The position numbers and the translations under genes were made by a program. 64,000 bases of DNA from Octopus sinensis (Eukaryota), in assembly GCF_006345805.1 (NCBI RefSeq), contig NC_043001.1, forward strand, positions 131,750,001-131,814,000. Reading direction: 5' to 3'. The notes beneath the pieces are model-generated. The model was given only the letters and a program-made list of their open reading frames with translations. It made no database searches and was not told the origin of the DNA. How positions within the stretch are numbered: position 1 is the first letter of the stretch; every line of letters starts with the position of its first letter. Below are positions 25,355-38,452 of this stretch, piece after piece.

Positions 25355-25355
<1 letters not shown>
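24930..25355 (+). mobile_element. (TA)n-inserted repeat (probable PLE terminus) with hammerhead-like motif
   Basis: Flanked by (TA)n; homologous to 40306-40575; contains GAAAC and CTGAAGA. Confidence 0.6.
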
Positions 25356-25399
<44 letters not shown>

Positions 25400-25896
25400 T
25401 AATTTTATATGGAGAATATGTTGTCTATTGATTTGCTAGGCCACTGGTAGTGAAATTTCTAAAAATTTGCTACCCTATATTTTGACTAAATCCCTTCTCA
25501 TCAAAATTGCTGACTTAGTGTCTAAATAAGAACTGGTTTTTGTGGTGGATTGACAGACACAATTGTGTGTCACTCAAAATGATTTGCAGTATTTAAGTAC
25601 AGTGGTTTACAAACCTGTCCAAGGTCAGTTTTACCTTTCTTCCCACCAAAGTCAAGACAAAATAAGTACCAGTCAAATACTTGGGTTGATGGTGATGAAT
25701 AATCAGTGGAACTATGGTTTAAGCACCTCATATAACCCCTCATAACATTTCTATTTTTAGGTATTTTTCAGAAATTTTTTGTGAATTTGAGTTCTAGTCA
25801 TGGAAATTCATACAATTATGTAAAATATTTTTTTGTGTGTGATCTAAGGGCAATTTAACTGTTATTTTTAGCATATCTTATGACCACATTCCTTGC

Positions 25897-26096
25897 TTAC
25901 TCTTTTACTCTTTTACTTGTTTCAGTCATTTGACTGCGGCCATGCTGGAGCACCGCCTTTAGTCGAGCAAATCAACCCCAGGACTTATTCTTTGTAAGCC
26001 CAGTACTTATTCTATCGGTATCTTTTGCCGAACCGCTAAGTAATGGGGACATAAACACACCAGCATCGGTTGTCAAGCAATGCTAGGGGGACAAAC

Positions 26097-26131
<35 letters not shown>

Positions 26132-28280
26132 AACACCATCCGGTCGTGGCCGTTCGCCAGCCTCATCTAGCACCTGTGTCGGTGGCACATAAAAAGTAGT
26201 CAGTACCGCTTGTGGTACCAGTGCCGGTGGCACACAAGAATCCATCCGAACATGGCCATAGTCAGTACCGCATCACTGGCCATCGTGCTGTGGGCACATA
26301 ACAAACACCATCCGGTCGTGGCCGTTCGCCAGCCTCATCTAGCACCTGTGTCGGTGGCACATTAAAAACACCATCCGAAGACCCGGCAAGACTAGTCAGG
26401 CCATAAACCATGGCCCCTACCTGGGACGTAGTCAGTCCACCTGTGCATACCTTCCTCCTTGTGATACTTGTGAAGGCCTGTTGAGGCAAGTGAAAATCAA
26501 AATCAAAATCAAATCAAAACAAATCAAAATAGATGAACATCAATGGAATTTGTATCTTTGTGGTACCAGTGCCGGTGGCACACAAGAGAAAACCATCCGA
26601 AAGTGGCCGTAGCCAGTACCGCATCGACTGGCCTCCGTGCTGTGGGGACATCCGAAAGTGGCCGTAGCCAGTACCGCATCGAATGGCCTCCGTGCTGTGG
26701 GCACATGACAAACACCATCCGATCGTGGCCGTTCGCCAGCCTCATCTAGCACCTGTGTCGGTGGCACATAAAAAACACCATCCGAAGACCCGGCAAGACT
26801 AGTCAGGCCATAACCCATGGCCCCTACCTGGGACGTAGTCAGTCCACCTGTGCATACCTTCCTTCTTGTGACACTTGTGAAGACCTGTTGAGGCAAGTGA
26901 AAATCAAAATCAAAATCAAAACAAATCAAAATAGATGAACATCAATGGAATCTGTATCTTTGTGGTACCAGTGCCAGTTGGCACACACTTTGTGGTACCA
27001 GTTCCGGTGGCACACATGAGAACCATCCGAACGTGGCCGTAGCCAGTTCCGCATCGACCGGCCTCCGTGCTGGGCACGTAACAAACACCATCCGATCATG
27101 GCCGTTCGCCAGCCTCATCTGGCACCTGTGTCGGTGCACATAAAAACACCTTCCGAAGACCCGGCAAGACTAGTCAGTCCCCCTGTGCATACCTTCCTTC
27201 TGGTGACACTTGTGAAGACCGGTTGAGGCAAGTGAAAATCAAATCAAATCAAATCAAATCAAATCAAATCAAAATAGACAAAATAGATGAACATCAATGG
27301 AATTTGTATCTTGTGGTACCAGTGCCTGTGGCACACAAGAAATCCATCAGTGCTGTAGTCAGTGCGGTGGGCACATGACAAACACCATCCGATCGTGGCC
27401 GTTCGCCAGCCTCATCTAGCACCTGTGTCGGTGGCACATAAAAACACCATCCGAAGACCCGGCAAGACTAGTCAGGCCATAACCCATGGCCCCTACCTGG
27501 GACGTAGTCAGTCCACCTGTGCATACCTTCCTTCTTGTGACACTTGTGAAGACCTGTTGAGGCAAGTGAAAATCAAAAATCAAATCAAAACAAATCAAAA
27601 TAGATGAACATCAATGGAATTTGTATCTTGTGGTACCAGTGCCGGTGGCACGTGGCACACAATAAAACCATCCGAACGTGGCCGTAGCCAGTACCGACCG
27701 CATCGACTGGCCTCCGTGCTGTGGGGACGTAACAAGCACCATCCGATCGTGGCCGTTTGCCAGCCTCATCTGGCACCTGTGTCGGTGGCACATAAAAACA
27801 CCATCCGAGCGTGGCCGTCTGCCAGCCTCGTCTGGCACCTGTGTCGGTGGCACATAAAAACACCATCCGAGCGTGGCCGTTTGCCAGCCTCGTCTGGCAC
27901 CTGTGTCGGTGGCACATAAAATCACCCCCACTACACTCTCGGAGTGGTTGGCGTTAGGAAGGGCATCCAGCTGTAGAAACACTGCCAGATCTGACTGGAC
28001 TGGTGCAGCTTTCGGGCTCCCCAGACCCCAGTTGAACCGTCCAACCCATGCTAGCATGGAAAGCAGACGTTAAATGATGATGATGATGATGATGATATAT
28101 ATATATATATACATATATACGACAGGCTTCTTTCAGTTTCCGTCTACCAAATCCACTCACAAAGCATTGGTTAGCCCGGGGCTATAGCAGAAGACACTTG
28201 CCCGAGATGCCACGCAGTGGGACTGAACCCGGAACCATGTGGTTGGTTAGCAAGCTACTTACCACACAGCCACTCCTGCA
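25897..28280 (-). mobile_element. Family A SINE split by a 2-kb insertion in its central microsatellite
   Basis: Tail half at 25897-26130 and head half at 28096-28280, same strand. Confidence 0.85.
26131..28095 (+). mobile_element. Family C retroposon with hierarchical tandem array (~330-420-bp units built from ~58-bp subunits)
   Basis: Four copies of gaagacccggcaagactagtc...gaggcaagtgaaaatc(aaatc)n; ends in the family C tail and (GAT)n. Confidence 0.85.
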
Positions 28281-28516
28281 CTTCTTTATCATTCTGACAT
28301 GTAATGATGTTTTTCAAAAGTTTTATTCTCATAAACATATTTAATGGATTGATGTTGCCCCGAAGCGTGGTCCATTGCTGGAATTTAAGCAAAAGATTCA
28401 GACTGTCCATATTTTAGACTCTGATTTTTTAAAAAATTTGGAAAAGAGTGGAACTTTTAAGATTTATGAGGATGGGAAGGAGTTTAAAATTTTTAAAAAC
28501 TTTTTTCATAATCATA

Positions 28517-28681
28517 GGCGCAGGAGTGGCTGTGTGGTAAGTAGCTTGCTAACCAACCACATGGTTCCAGGTTCAGTCCCACTGCGTGGCATCTTGGGCA
28601 AGTGTCTTCTGCTATAGCCCCAGGCCGACCAATGCCTTGTGAGTGGATTTGGTAGACAGAAACTGAAAGAAGCCTGTCGTA

Positions 28682-28727
<46 letters not shown>

Positions 28728-28955
28728 TATGTATGTGTGTGTGTATTTGTGTGTCTGTGTTTGTCCCCCTAGCATTGCTTGACAACCGATGCTGGTGTGT
28801 TTACGTCCCCGTAACTTAGCGGTTCGGCAAAAGAGACCGATAGAATAAGTACTGGGCTTACAAAGAATAAGTCCCGGGGTCGATTTGCTCGACTAAAGGC
28901 GGTGCTCCAGCATGGCCGCAGTCAAATTACTGAAAGAGTAAAAGAGTAAAGAGTA
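28517..28955 (+). mobile_element. Family A SINE, full length
   Basis: Matches the copy at 22337-22725. Confidence 0.95.
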
Positions 28956-29149
28956 TATGAATTCCTATGTGTAGAACACAAATTCACAAAAATTTTATGA
29001 AAATTCCCAAAAATATAATAGTCATGAGGGGTTATATGGGGTGCTTAAACCAGAAGGCCACCAAATAATCTCCTTCCCTCAAAACTGACGATGTTGTGTC
29101 TTAATTAGAACACATAATTATAAAGGCTATTACCTATAAAGGTAATAAT

Positions 29150-29987
29150 AAGGCAATGAACTGGTGGAATCATTAGCATGGCAGACAAAATGCTTAGCAC
29201 CATTTCATCTATCTTTATGTTCTGGGTTCAAATTCCACTGATGTCAACTTTACTATTTTATTCTTTTTGGTGTCCATAAAATAAGTACCTGTTTGGGCAC
29301 TGGGGTCGATGTAATCAATTTACCACCTTTCCTGAAATTGCAGGCCTTGAGCCAAAATTTGAAACCAGTGTTATAACCTTTATTATTACCTTCGTTATTA
29401 AGGTGGCAAGCTGGCAGAATTGTTAGCACGCTGGATGAAATGCTTAGCAGTATTTCACCCATCGCTACATACTGAGTTCAAATTTTGCCACAGTCAACTT
29501 TGCCATTCATCCTTTCAGGGTCAACAAATTTTAGTATCAGTGAAACACTGGGGTTGTCGTAATTGACTAGTCCCCTCCTCACGAAAATTTCAGGCTTTGT
29601 GCCTATAGTCAAAAGGATTATTATCATTATTATTATTATTATATTATTATTATTATTATTATTATAGCTGTGATACCAGTGCCGGTGGCACATAAGAGAA
29701 CCATCTGAACGTGGCTGTTGCCAGCGCTGCCCCGACTGGCTTCCAGCGTAAATAGCACCATCCGATCGTGGCCGTTTGCCAGCCACGTCTGACACCTGTG
29801 CTGGTGGCACGTAAAAAGCACCCACTACACTCATGGAGTGGTTGGCGTTAGGAAGGGCATCCAGCCGTAGAAACATTGTCAGATCAATCTGGGCCTGGTG
29901 CAGCCTTCTGGCTTCCCAGACCCCAGTTGCACCGACCAACCCATGCCAGCATGGAAACCGGACGCTAAACGATGATGATGATTATTA

Positions 29988-30045
<58 letters not shown>

Positions 30046-30257
30046 GGTGGCAAGCTAGCAGAATTGTTAGCATGCTGGATGAAATGCTTAGCAGTATTTC
30101 AACCATTGGTACATTCTGTGTTCAAATTCTGCTGAGGTCAACTTGGCCTTTCATCCTTTCATGGGTGATAAATAAAGTATCAGGGAAACACTGGGGTCAA
30201 TGTAATCAACTAGTTCCCTCCCACTAAATTTCAGGTCTTATGCCTTTAGTAGAAAGG

Positions 30258-30297
<40 letters not shown>

Positions 30298-30850
30298 TAT
30301 TATTATTATAAAGTGGTGAGCTGACACAATTGTTAGCGTGCCAGATGAAATGCTTAGTGGCATTTCATCAGCCACTACATTCAGAGTTCAAATTTCACCA
30401 AGGTCAACTTTGCCTTTCATCCTTAAAAAGTCGATAAATAAAGTACCAGTAAAACACTGGGGTTAATATAATCAACTAGTCTCCTCCCCCTCAAATTTCA
30501 GGCCTTGTGCCTCTGGAAGAATGGATTATTATTATCATTATGAAGACAGTGAGCTGGCAGAATTGTTAGCATACTGGACTCAATGCTTAGCAGTATTTCA
30601 CCAGTCGCTACATTCTGAGTTCAAATATTCTCAAGGTCAGCATTGCCTGTCATCCTTTCAGGATTGATAAATAAAGTATCAGTGATAAGACCGGAGCCTG
30701 GTGCAGCCTTCTGGCTTCCCAGATCCCTGGTGGAACCGTCTAACCCATGCTAGCATGGAGAACGGACATTAAACGATGATGATGATGAATGATACACTGG
30801 GATTGATATAATCAACTGGTTACCTTCCACCAAATTTGAGGCCTTGTGCA
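29150..30850 (+). mobile_element. Head-to-tail cluster of five family B SINEs with two family C inserts
   Basis: Heads at ~29150, 29401, 30045, 30311, 30545, separated by (ATT)n. Confidence 0.85.
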
Positions 30851-30852
30851 TT

Positions 30853-31096
30853 TACTCTTTTACTAGTTTCAGTCATTTGACTGTGGCCATGCTGGAGCAC
30901 CGCATTTTTTTACTCGACCAAATCGACCCCAGGACTTATTCTTTGTAAGCCTAGCACTTATTCTATCGGGCATCTTTGCTGAACTGCTAAGTTACGGGGA
31001 TGTAAACAAACCACCATCTGTTGTCAAGCGATGTTGGGGGGACAAAAACAGACACACAAGCATATACACACATACATACACACACACACACACACT

Positions 31097-31146
<50 letters not shown>

Positions 31147-31305
31147 TATATACGACGGGCTTCTTTCAGTTTCCGTCTACCAAATCCACTCAAAAGGCTT
31201 TGGTCGGCCCGAGGCTATAGTAGAAGATACTTGCCCAAGGTGCCATGCAGTGGGACTGAACCCAGAACCATGTGGTTCATAAGCAAGCTACTTACCACAC
31301 AGCTA
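30853..31305 (-). mobile_element. Family A SINE
   Basis: Sequence match to other copies. Confidence 0.9.
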
Positions 31306-32111
31306 CTCAAGGATTATTACCTTCATTATAAATAGTTCCAAAAATAGACCAAGCATTTATTTTCTTCAAGCAGGAAGACAAGGTGTGTTTAAGGTTAACA
31401 AAATCATTCAAGGTTAAGAAAACTGTTCAAGGTTAAAAAATGTCATGTAAAAATGCCAAGTTATTACTATAATCATTATTACTATTGTTATCATTGTTTT
31501 TGTTATTATCGTTATTGTTATTATTATCGCTGTTGTTGTTGTGTAAGAAATCAGTATTTGTATATGTGTGCAAACAGTTATTTGCATGTGTTGAACATGT
31601 GGTGAACTTTAATCCCTTAATGCCAATCATTGAGTGCAATTTCCTTATCCAGGGTCTTATCTATGGCAATAACCTTAACAGGCAATGTATCCAAGCATTA
31701 AATCTCATTATCTTAATTCCTGCCTCAAAGCATCAAAGATAATTTGAATGCTGCAACAGAAATGCAACAGGCTCAGCAGTATGCACAACTGCAACAAATT
31801 AAATCACTCTGAATAATGATTAATGCATTTCCAGAATGAGAGCTGCAGATGGTTGTGGGCAGAGTAACAGGCAAACATGCTGAGAAAGGAAGAAGGTGTA
31901 GGGTCAGTTGTTCATACCTCTTCCTCTTCCCAGCAGTTCCGCACTATTTACACGGTCAACATGTCTAATACTCAATATCCCTATAGTAATTAAGCATTAC
32001 ATAATGATACTTGTTGCTGTTTAGCCCTGGGCCTACCCTGAATGAGCAGACTTGCAATCTTAGGCATTCCAGTTTTGATTGTAGCATCTTTTCAAGGGTA
32101 TATAAGGCTGC

Positions 32112-32492
32112 GTGGAGGCGCAATGGCCCAGTGGTTAGGGCAGCGGACTCGCGGTCGTAGGGTCGCGGTTTCGATTCCCAGACTGGGCATTGTGAGTGTT
32201 TATTGAGTGAAAACACCTAAAGCTCCACGAGGCTCTGGCAGGGGTGGTGGTGATCCCTGCTGTACTCTTTCACCACAACTTTCTCTCACTCTTACTTCCT
32301 GTTTCTGTTGTACCTGTATTTCAAAGGGCCAGCCTTGTCACACTCTGTGTCACGCTGAATCTCCTCGAGAACTACATTAAGGGTACACGTGTCTGTGGAA
32401 TGCTCAGCCACTAGCACGTTAATTCCACGAGCAAGCTGTTCTGTTGATCGTATCAGCTGGGACCCTCATCGTTGTAACCGACGGAGTGCTCC
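32112..32492 (+). mobile_element. tRNA-derived SINE (family E) with 13-bp TSD
   Basis: A box tggcccagtgg, B box ggtttcgattccc; TSD tatataaggctgc at 32099-32111 and 32493-32505. Confidence 0.9.
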
Positions 32493-32799
32493 TATATAAG
32501 GCTGCATTTCCTTACATAATCTGTCTTTATATAAGATAGCAGGCACTGACTTGAGAAACAAATTTGCCTAAGTGGGTTCAAGATCAGGTCCAAAATTTTT
32601 TGCAAACAAGGTCTTATTTTTTTTTTTATATATTTTTGTTCTTTGTTCTTTGAGAAAAAAATTAACTTCAAGCTACATTTTACAGATCACCTTTCATGCA
32701 CTCTTTTCTAAACCTGAGAAAAGTAAGTAGGGGTGCAAATTTTTATTTTGCACCCCACCAAAAAATTTTAGGAGGTGTGCTTGCATCTCCTACACCCCC

Positions 32800-33270
32800 T
32801 TTTACTTATTTCTTTACTGCCTACAAGGGGCTACACACAGAGGGGGCAAATAAGGACAGACAAACGGATTAAGTCAATTATATTGACCCCAGTGCATATC
32901 TGGTACTTATTTAATCGACACCCAAAGGATAAAAGGCAAAGTCGACCTCAGCGGAATTTTAACTCAGAATGTAATGGTAAACAAAATACCGCTAAGCATT
33001 TCGCCTGGGTTGCTAATGTTTCTTATTTTTTTACTGCCCACAAGGGGCTACACACAGGGGAGACAAACAAGGACAGACAAACGGATTAACTCGATTATAT
33101 AGACCCCAGTGTATAACTAGTACTTATTTAATCGATCCCAAAAGGATGAAAGGCAAAGTCGACCTTGGCGGAATTTGAACTCAGAACGTAAAGACAGAAT
33201 GTAAAGACAGACAAAATAGTGCTAAGTATTTCGCCCGGCATGCTAACGTTTCTGCCAGCTCGCCACCTTT
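32800..33270 (-). mobile_element. Two tandem family B SINEs
   Basis: Both match 4873-5090. Confidence 0.9.
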
Positions 33271-34038
33271 ACTGCAGCCCTGTTCCTGTGCCCATAATAG
33301 TGGGCTGTGAGTTGAGGAAGATTTGACTGATATTACTAACAGACTGGGCTAATGCATGAAAAGTTCCATCATTGTCACATAGTGATATAAAATTTCTACT
33401 GCAGCATTAGTGCCAGATCAGCTCTGAAACGATTTTCTATGACTCACAATCATGTAAACCAGTATGACTTATTTCACAGTTGGGCCATTGGTAATTAAGC
33501 AATAAATACCACTTAAGGGTTTCACTCTGGTATAAGGAGGGTTGATAGACATCATGACAGGACATAAAAAGCAAAACCAATTTACAAGAGGAATGAACTC
33601 CAAATGGAGACAAACAGAGATTAACAGTTGAGCATAATCGTCAGTAGTCCATCATCATCATCATCATCATCATCATCGTTTAACGTCCGTTCTCCATGCT
33701 AGCATGGGTTGGACGGTTCGACCGGGGATCTGGGAAGCCAGAAGGCTGCACCAGGCTCCGGTCTTATCTGGCAGTGTTTCTACAGCTGGATGCCCTTCCT
33801 AACGCCAACCACTCCGTGAGTGTAGTGGGTGCTTTTTACGTGCCACCCGCACTGGTGCCAGGCGAGGCTGGCATCGGCCACGGTCGGATTGGTGTATTTT
33901 ACGTGCCACCTGCATGGAAGCCAGTCGAGGCGGCACTGGCTTCGGCCACGATTCGGATGGTGCTTTTTACGTGCCACCGACACGTATATCTGAAAAATAA
34001 GCACACTCTAAGGCATTAGAGCAGTGTAATATTTGTTT

Positions 34039-34194
34039 TAAGAAGTTAAATGTTGTGGCTGGTCACAGAATGACTATTGGGTTTGCTTTACACCTTCCAT
34101 CATTTGAATCTGATGAGTTGCCTAGTCTGTTAAGCGCTTTATAGGTGCAAAATCAATGGTCACTCTATGACCAGTCATAACATTTAACTTCTTA
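34039..34194. mobile_element. ~155-bp MITE with ~40-bp TIRs
   Basis: taagaagttaaatgttgtggctggtcacagaatgactattg vs caatggtcactctatgaccagtcataacatttaacttctta; partial copy at 40211-40305. Confidence 0.75.
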
Positions 34195-34338
34195 GGTTGC
34201 TAACCAACCACATGGTTCCGGGTTCAGTCCCACTGCATGGCATCTTGGGCAAGTGTCTTCTGCTATAGTCTCAGGCCGACCAATGCCTTGTGAGTGGATT
34301 TGGTAGACAGAAACTGAAAGAAGCCTGTCGTATATATG

Positions 34339-34369
<31 letters not shown>

Positions 34370-34582
34370 TTGTGTGTCTGTGTTTGTCCCCCTAGCATTG
34401 CTTGACAACCGATGCTGGTGTGTTTACGTCCCCGTCACTTAGCAGTTCAGCAAAAAAGACCGAATAGAATAAGTACTGGGCTTACAAAGAATAAGTCCCA
34501 GGGTCGATTTGCTTGACTAAAGGCGGTGCTCCAGCATAACCGCAGTCAAATGACTGAAACAAGTAAAAGAGTAAAAGAGAGT
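34195..34582 (+). mobile_element. Family A SINE, 5'-clipped
   Basis: Sequence match. Confidence 0.9.
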
Positions 34583-35183
34583 AGAACCTAGCAGTACGAG
34601 TGCCCCATTGTACAAGTAATCTGTTGTATAAGCCGAGATTCATACGAGCACACAAATTGTCCCATCTTTAAGGTAATTCAGTTAATAAAATCAGTTTCCA
34701 TATTTCTTTTGCATTCTTTTATTCAATAATCGTCATTTTACTTGTAACTACACCTTTTCTGTTTTAAAACCCATAAAAAATTATTTTTGATTGTTTTTTG
34801 GGGGGCGGGGGGACTGGAATGGATTAATTTTATTTTAGTTAATTTCAATGGGGAAAATTGATTTGCAAAAAGAGTAAATCATAAGACAAACTTGGTCATG
34901 GAACTAATGAAACTAGTACTGTGAAGTATCACTGTATATATATATATATATATAGGAGCAGGCATGGCTGTGTGGTAAAAAGCTTGCAGATAAATATGTA
35001 CAGAGTGTTAGTTGTGGAAGTGCATAATATTTTAGCACTTTCATTCCTTGCTTCCCAACCACATGGTTCCAGGTTCAATCCCACTGCGTGGCACCTTGGA
35101 CGATGAGTGTCTTCTATTATAGCTGCAGGCTGACCAAAGCTTTTTAAATGGATTTGGTAGATGGAAACTGAAAGAAGCCTGTC

Positions 35184-35234
<51 letters not shown>

Positions 35235-36538
35235 GGGTTATCCCATAAATAATGTGTTTTTTTAATTCCATGAACTAAAAGCCAGAGGAGTACGGGATAA
35301 ACTACCTGCATCAACTTGCTATAAAAGCAGGTAGCAATTTTACCTTGTACTTATTCTTAATGCAAGTTTTTAAGAGTGCAGTTCGATTTTAGCAGTTATT
35401 TTTTCAAAGCTATAACAGATGTGACAAATGAGCATATTCGACATATTTTGCTTTATGGGTTCAATAAAGGCAACAAGGCAGTGGAAAGTGTGAGGAATAT
35501 TAATGCAGTATATGGGGATTGGACAATAAGTGTAAGTCAGTGTCAGCGGTGGTTCCAGAAATTCCAAGTCAGAAACTACAACCTAGAAGATAAGCCTCAT
35601 CCTAGAAGATCTGTAGAGTTCGATGAGGACATCCTGCAAACCCTGATGGAACAAAATCCCTTTGTAACTGTTGAGGAACTAGTAGAAAAGCTTGGATTTG
35701 ATAATTCAACTATTCATTGACACCTGCGTGCAATCAGAAAAGTCAGCAAATTGGGTCAATGGGTTTCTCACAAACTTTCCAAGTCTAATCGTATGCAGAG
35801 AGTGAATGTGTGCTCTTCTTTGCTGCCACATCTCACAAATGAACCTTTTTTGGACCGAATACTGACTGGTGACAAGAAATAGGTTCTCTATAAAAATGCC
35901 AAGTACCAAAGACAGTGGGTAGGGAAAGGAAAAACACTGGCACTCTAGGCTAAAGAAGGTCTTCACCCATGTAAGGTGTTGTTGTCTGTTTGATGGGAAA
36001 TGAAAGGTTTAATCCACTTTGAACTTTTAAACCCAAACCAATAACAAAGGAGATCTACTATGAGCAGCTTGAGCAGCTTAAGTCAGCGCTAGAAGAAAAA
36101 TGGCCATCATTGTTTTCAAGATGAAATAAGTTCTTCCACCAGAATAATGCTAGGTTACATACAGTGAGGATGATATTCCAAAGCCTGGAGCCTTATGATG
36201 GAACCTTATATGATGGATTTTTAATAGGAAACGATGCCCCACCCACCATATTCGCCAGACATTTCCCCATCTGATTATCATTTATTCTGCAGTCTTCATA
36301 ATCATTTGGATGGAAAAAATATGAATTCTGTAGATAAGTTCAGAACAGCACTGGGGGAGTATTTTTCATCATGGACAAATGAATTTTGGAAGAGGGGCTT
36401 TGCAAGCCTACCATATAGATTGAAGAGCATTGTATAAAAGGAAAAAGAGTATATTTCAGATTAAAAAGAACTTTGTTTATCTTAATTTTGAAAAATAATA
36501 GAAGTGTAAAAAATCGCATTATTTATGGGATGATCCAG
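35235..36538 (+). mobile_element. Full-length decayed mariner transposon
   Basis: TIRs gggttatcccataaataatg / cattatttatgggatgatccag in TA context; HTH region (HIRHILLY...WFQKFQ..NYNLEDKPH), WV.H.L, TGDKK, HPPYSPDISPSDYHLF; many stops. Confidence 0.95.
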
Positions 36539-36780
36539 TATGTATGTATGCATGCATGTATGTATGAATGTATGTATGTATGTATGTATGTATGTATGTA
36601 TGTATGTATGTATGTGTGTATGTATGTATGTATGTGTGTATGTATGTATGTATGCATGCATGCATGTATGTATGTATGTATGTATGTATGTATGCATGTA
36701 TGTATGTATGTATGTATGTATGTATGTATGTATGTATGTATGCATGTGTGTATGTATGTATGTATGAATGTATGTATGTA
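36539..36780. repeat. (TATG)n microsatellite
   Basis: Direct reading. Confidence 0.95.
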
Positions 36781-36958
36781 TAAGAGTTTGTATTAGTGTG
36801 CTGGCAATAAATTAATAATGAGCAAAAAATTAGTCAGAAATTAATGGAGGTATCATATATACATTGCTACAAAAGGCAGGAATACTTTAAAGAAATAATA
36901 GAATTCTACTTAGAATACTTACCTATGGAGAGTCAATTTTTACCTCAAAGATTTAATA

Positions 36959-36994
<36 letters not shown>

Positions 36995-37504
36995 CATGTA
37001 TATACATGTGCGTGTGTGTGTGTGTGTGTGTATGTGTGCATACATGTGTGAGTGTATGGTATTTACACTCGCATATATGCATTCAATATTTCATTCATTC
37101 ATATTTAAGTTAGCTGTTGCAATGTGTTTTTGTTTTCATTTCTGATATTAGAAATTATTTTCTCAAGTTTTTCTCTCATTCTTATTCATTTAAAAATAAT
37201 ATTTTAACCCCATCCAATATCATTTCTTGATAAGATAAACAAAATATGAAATGAAAATCTGCTATTATTATTATTACATTTCTCTTCTTTTTTTTTTCAT
37301 TTTAACATCAGTTTTGAATCTCGCAAGATAATGATGATGATGATGGTGACAACGACAATGATGATCATAATTATTTTAATAATAAAAATAATAATGATAA
37401 TAACAATAACAACAACAACAATAATAATTATTATAATTATAATAAAAATTGTAATAGTAATAGTAATACTACTACTACAAATAATAATAATAATAATGAT
37501 GATG

Positions 37505-37538
<34 letters not shown>

Positions 37539-37914
37539 CAATAATAATCATAATAAAGAGAAAATATTTTTTTGAAAAACATGGGAATACTATATAAATT
37601 TTTTCTAATTTAATCTTGTTTCTGCCTCCCCCATCCAAACGATAATAATGAAATGAGAAGTAAATTATAATTCAGTGATGTAAATTAAAGTTAATTTAGG
37701 TAACTTTTGTCCTTTCCTCTCCTTCTGTGATGTTTTGCTTTTTTATTCTGTTTTATAGTGTGCCATGCTATTTTTTTTTGCGGGAGGAGGGTTGTATTTT
37801 TGTTTGTTTTTGACTGTTTTCTTTCTTTTTTTTTTTTGACCTCTAAAATAATTTTTCTTTCATCTATTAATCTTTTGGGAAACAACAACACCAACAAATA
37901 AACTTAATAATAAC

Positions 37915-38021
<107 letters not shown>

Positions 38022-38366
38022 AGATGATGATGGTGATGATGATGATAACAGCAACAACAACAATAATTTTTTTCAAATTTTGCTGTAGTCTGGGGGAAGG
38101 GATAAATAAAAAAGAGGAAATCAAACTTTTCCATAACATAAAGAAAATATAGTGAAAATATTTTGTTTAAATTGAAAAATAAAAATAAAAAAAAGAAAAT
38201 ATCGAATATATAAAATAATTATAACTAAAATGCAAAAAAGTGTAAAATAAAAATTATAAATAAATATATAAATATTACTAACATAAAAATACACACATAC
38301 ATATATACACACACACAAATGTACACATAGATGCACTCACACACACACACATATATATAAAATTAT

Positions 38367-38452
<86 letters not shown>

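Larger units (their letters stand above)
25706..29062. mobile_element. Diverged inverted repeat pair (25706-25830 vs 28490-28515 + 28955-29062), probable old DNA transposon ends
   Basis: tggtttaagcacctcatataacccctcat... is the reverse complement of ...atgaggggttatatggggtgcttaaacca. Confidence 0.6.

Noticed and set aside
26131-26200. Pistol or twister ribozyme resemblance of the gcac-rtaaaa pseudoknot
   Set aside because: It lacks the P2/P3 arrangement and conserved catalytic residues; kept only as a generic pseudoknot.
26131-28095. CRISPR-like repeat/spacer appearance
   Set aside because: The intervening sequences are themselves repeated, there are no cas genes, the context is eukaryotic, and the array ends in a retroposon tail.
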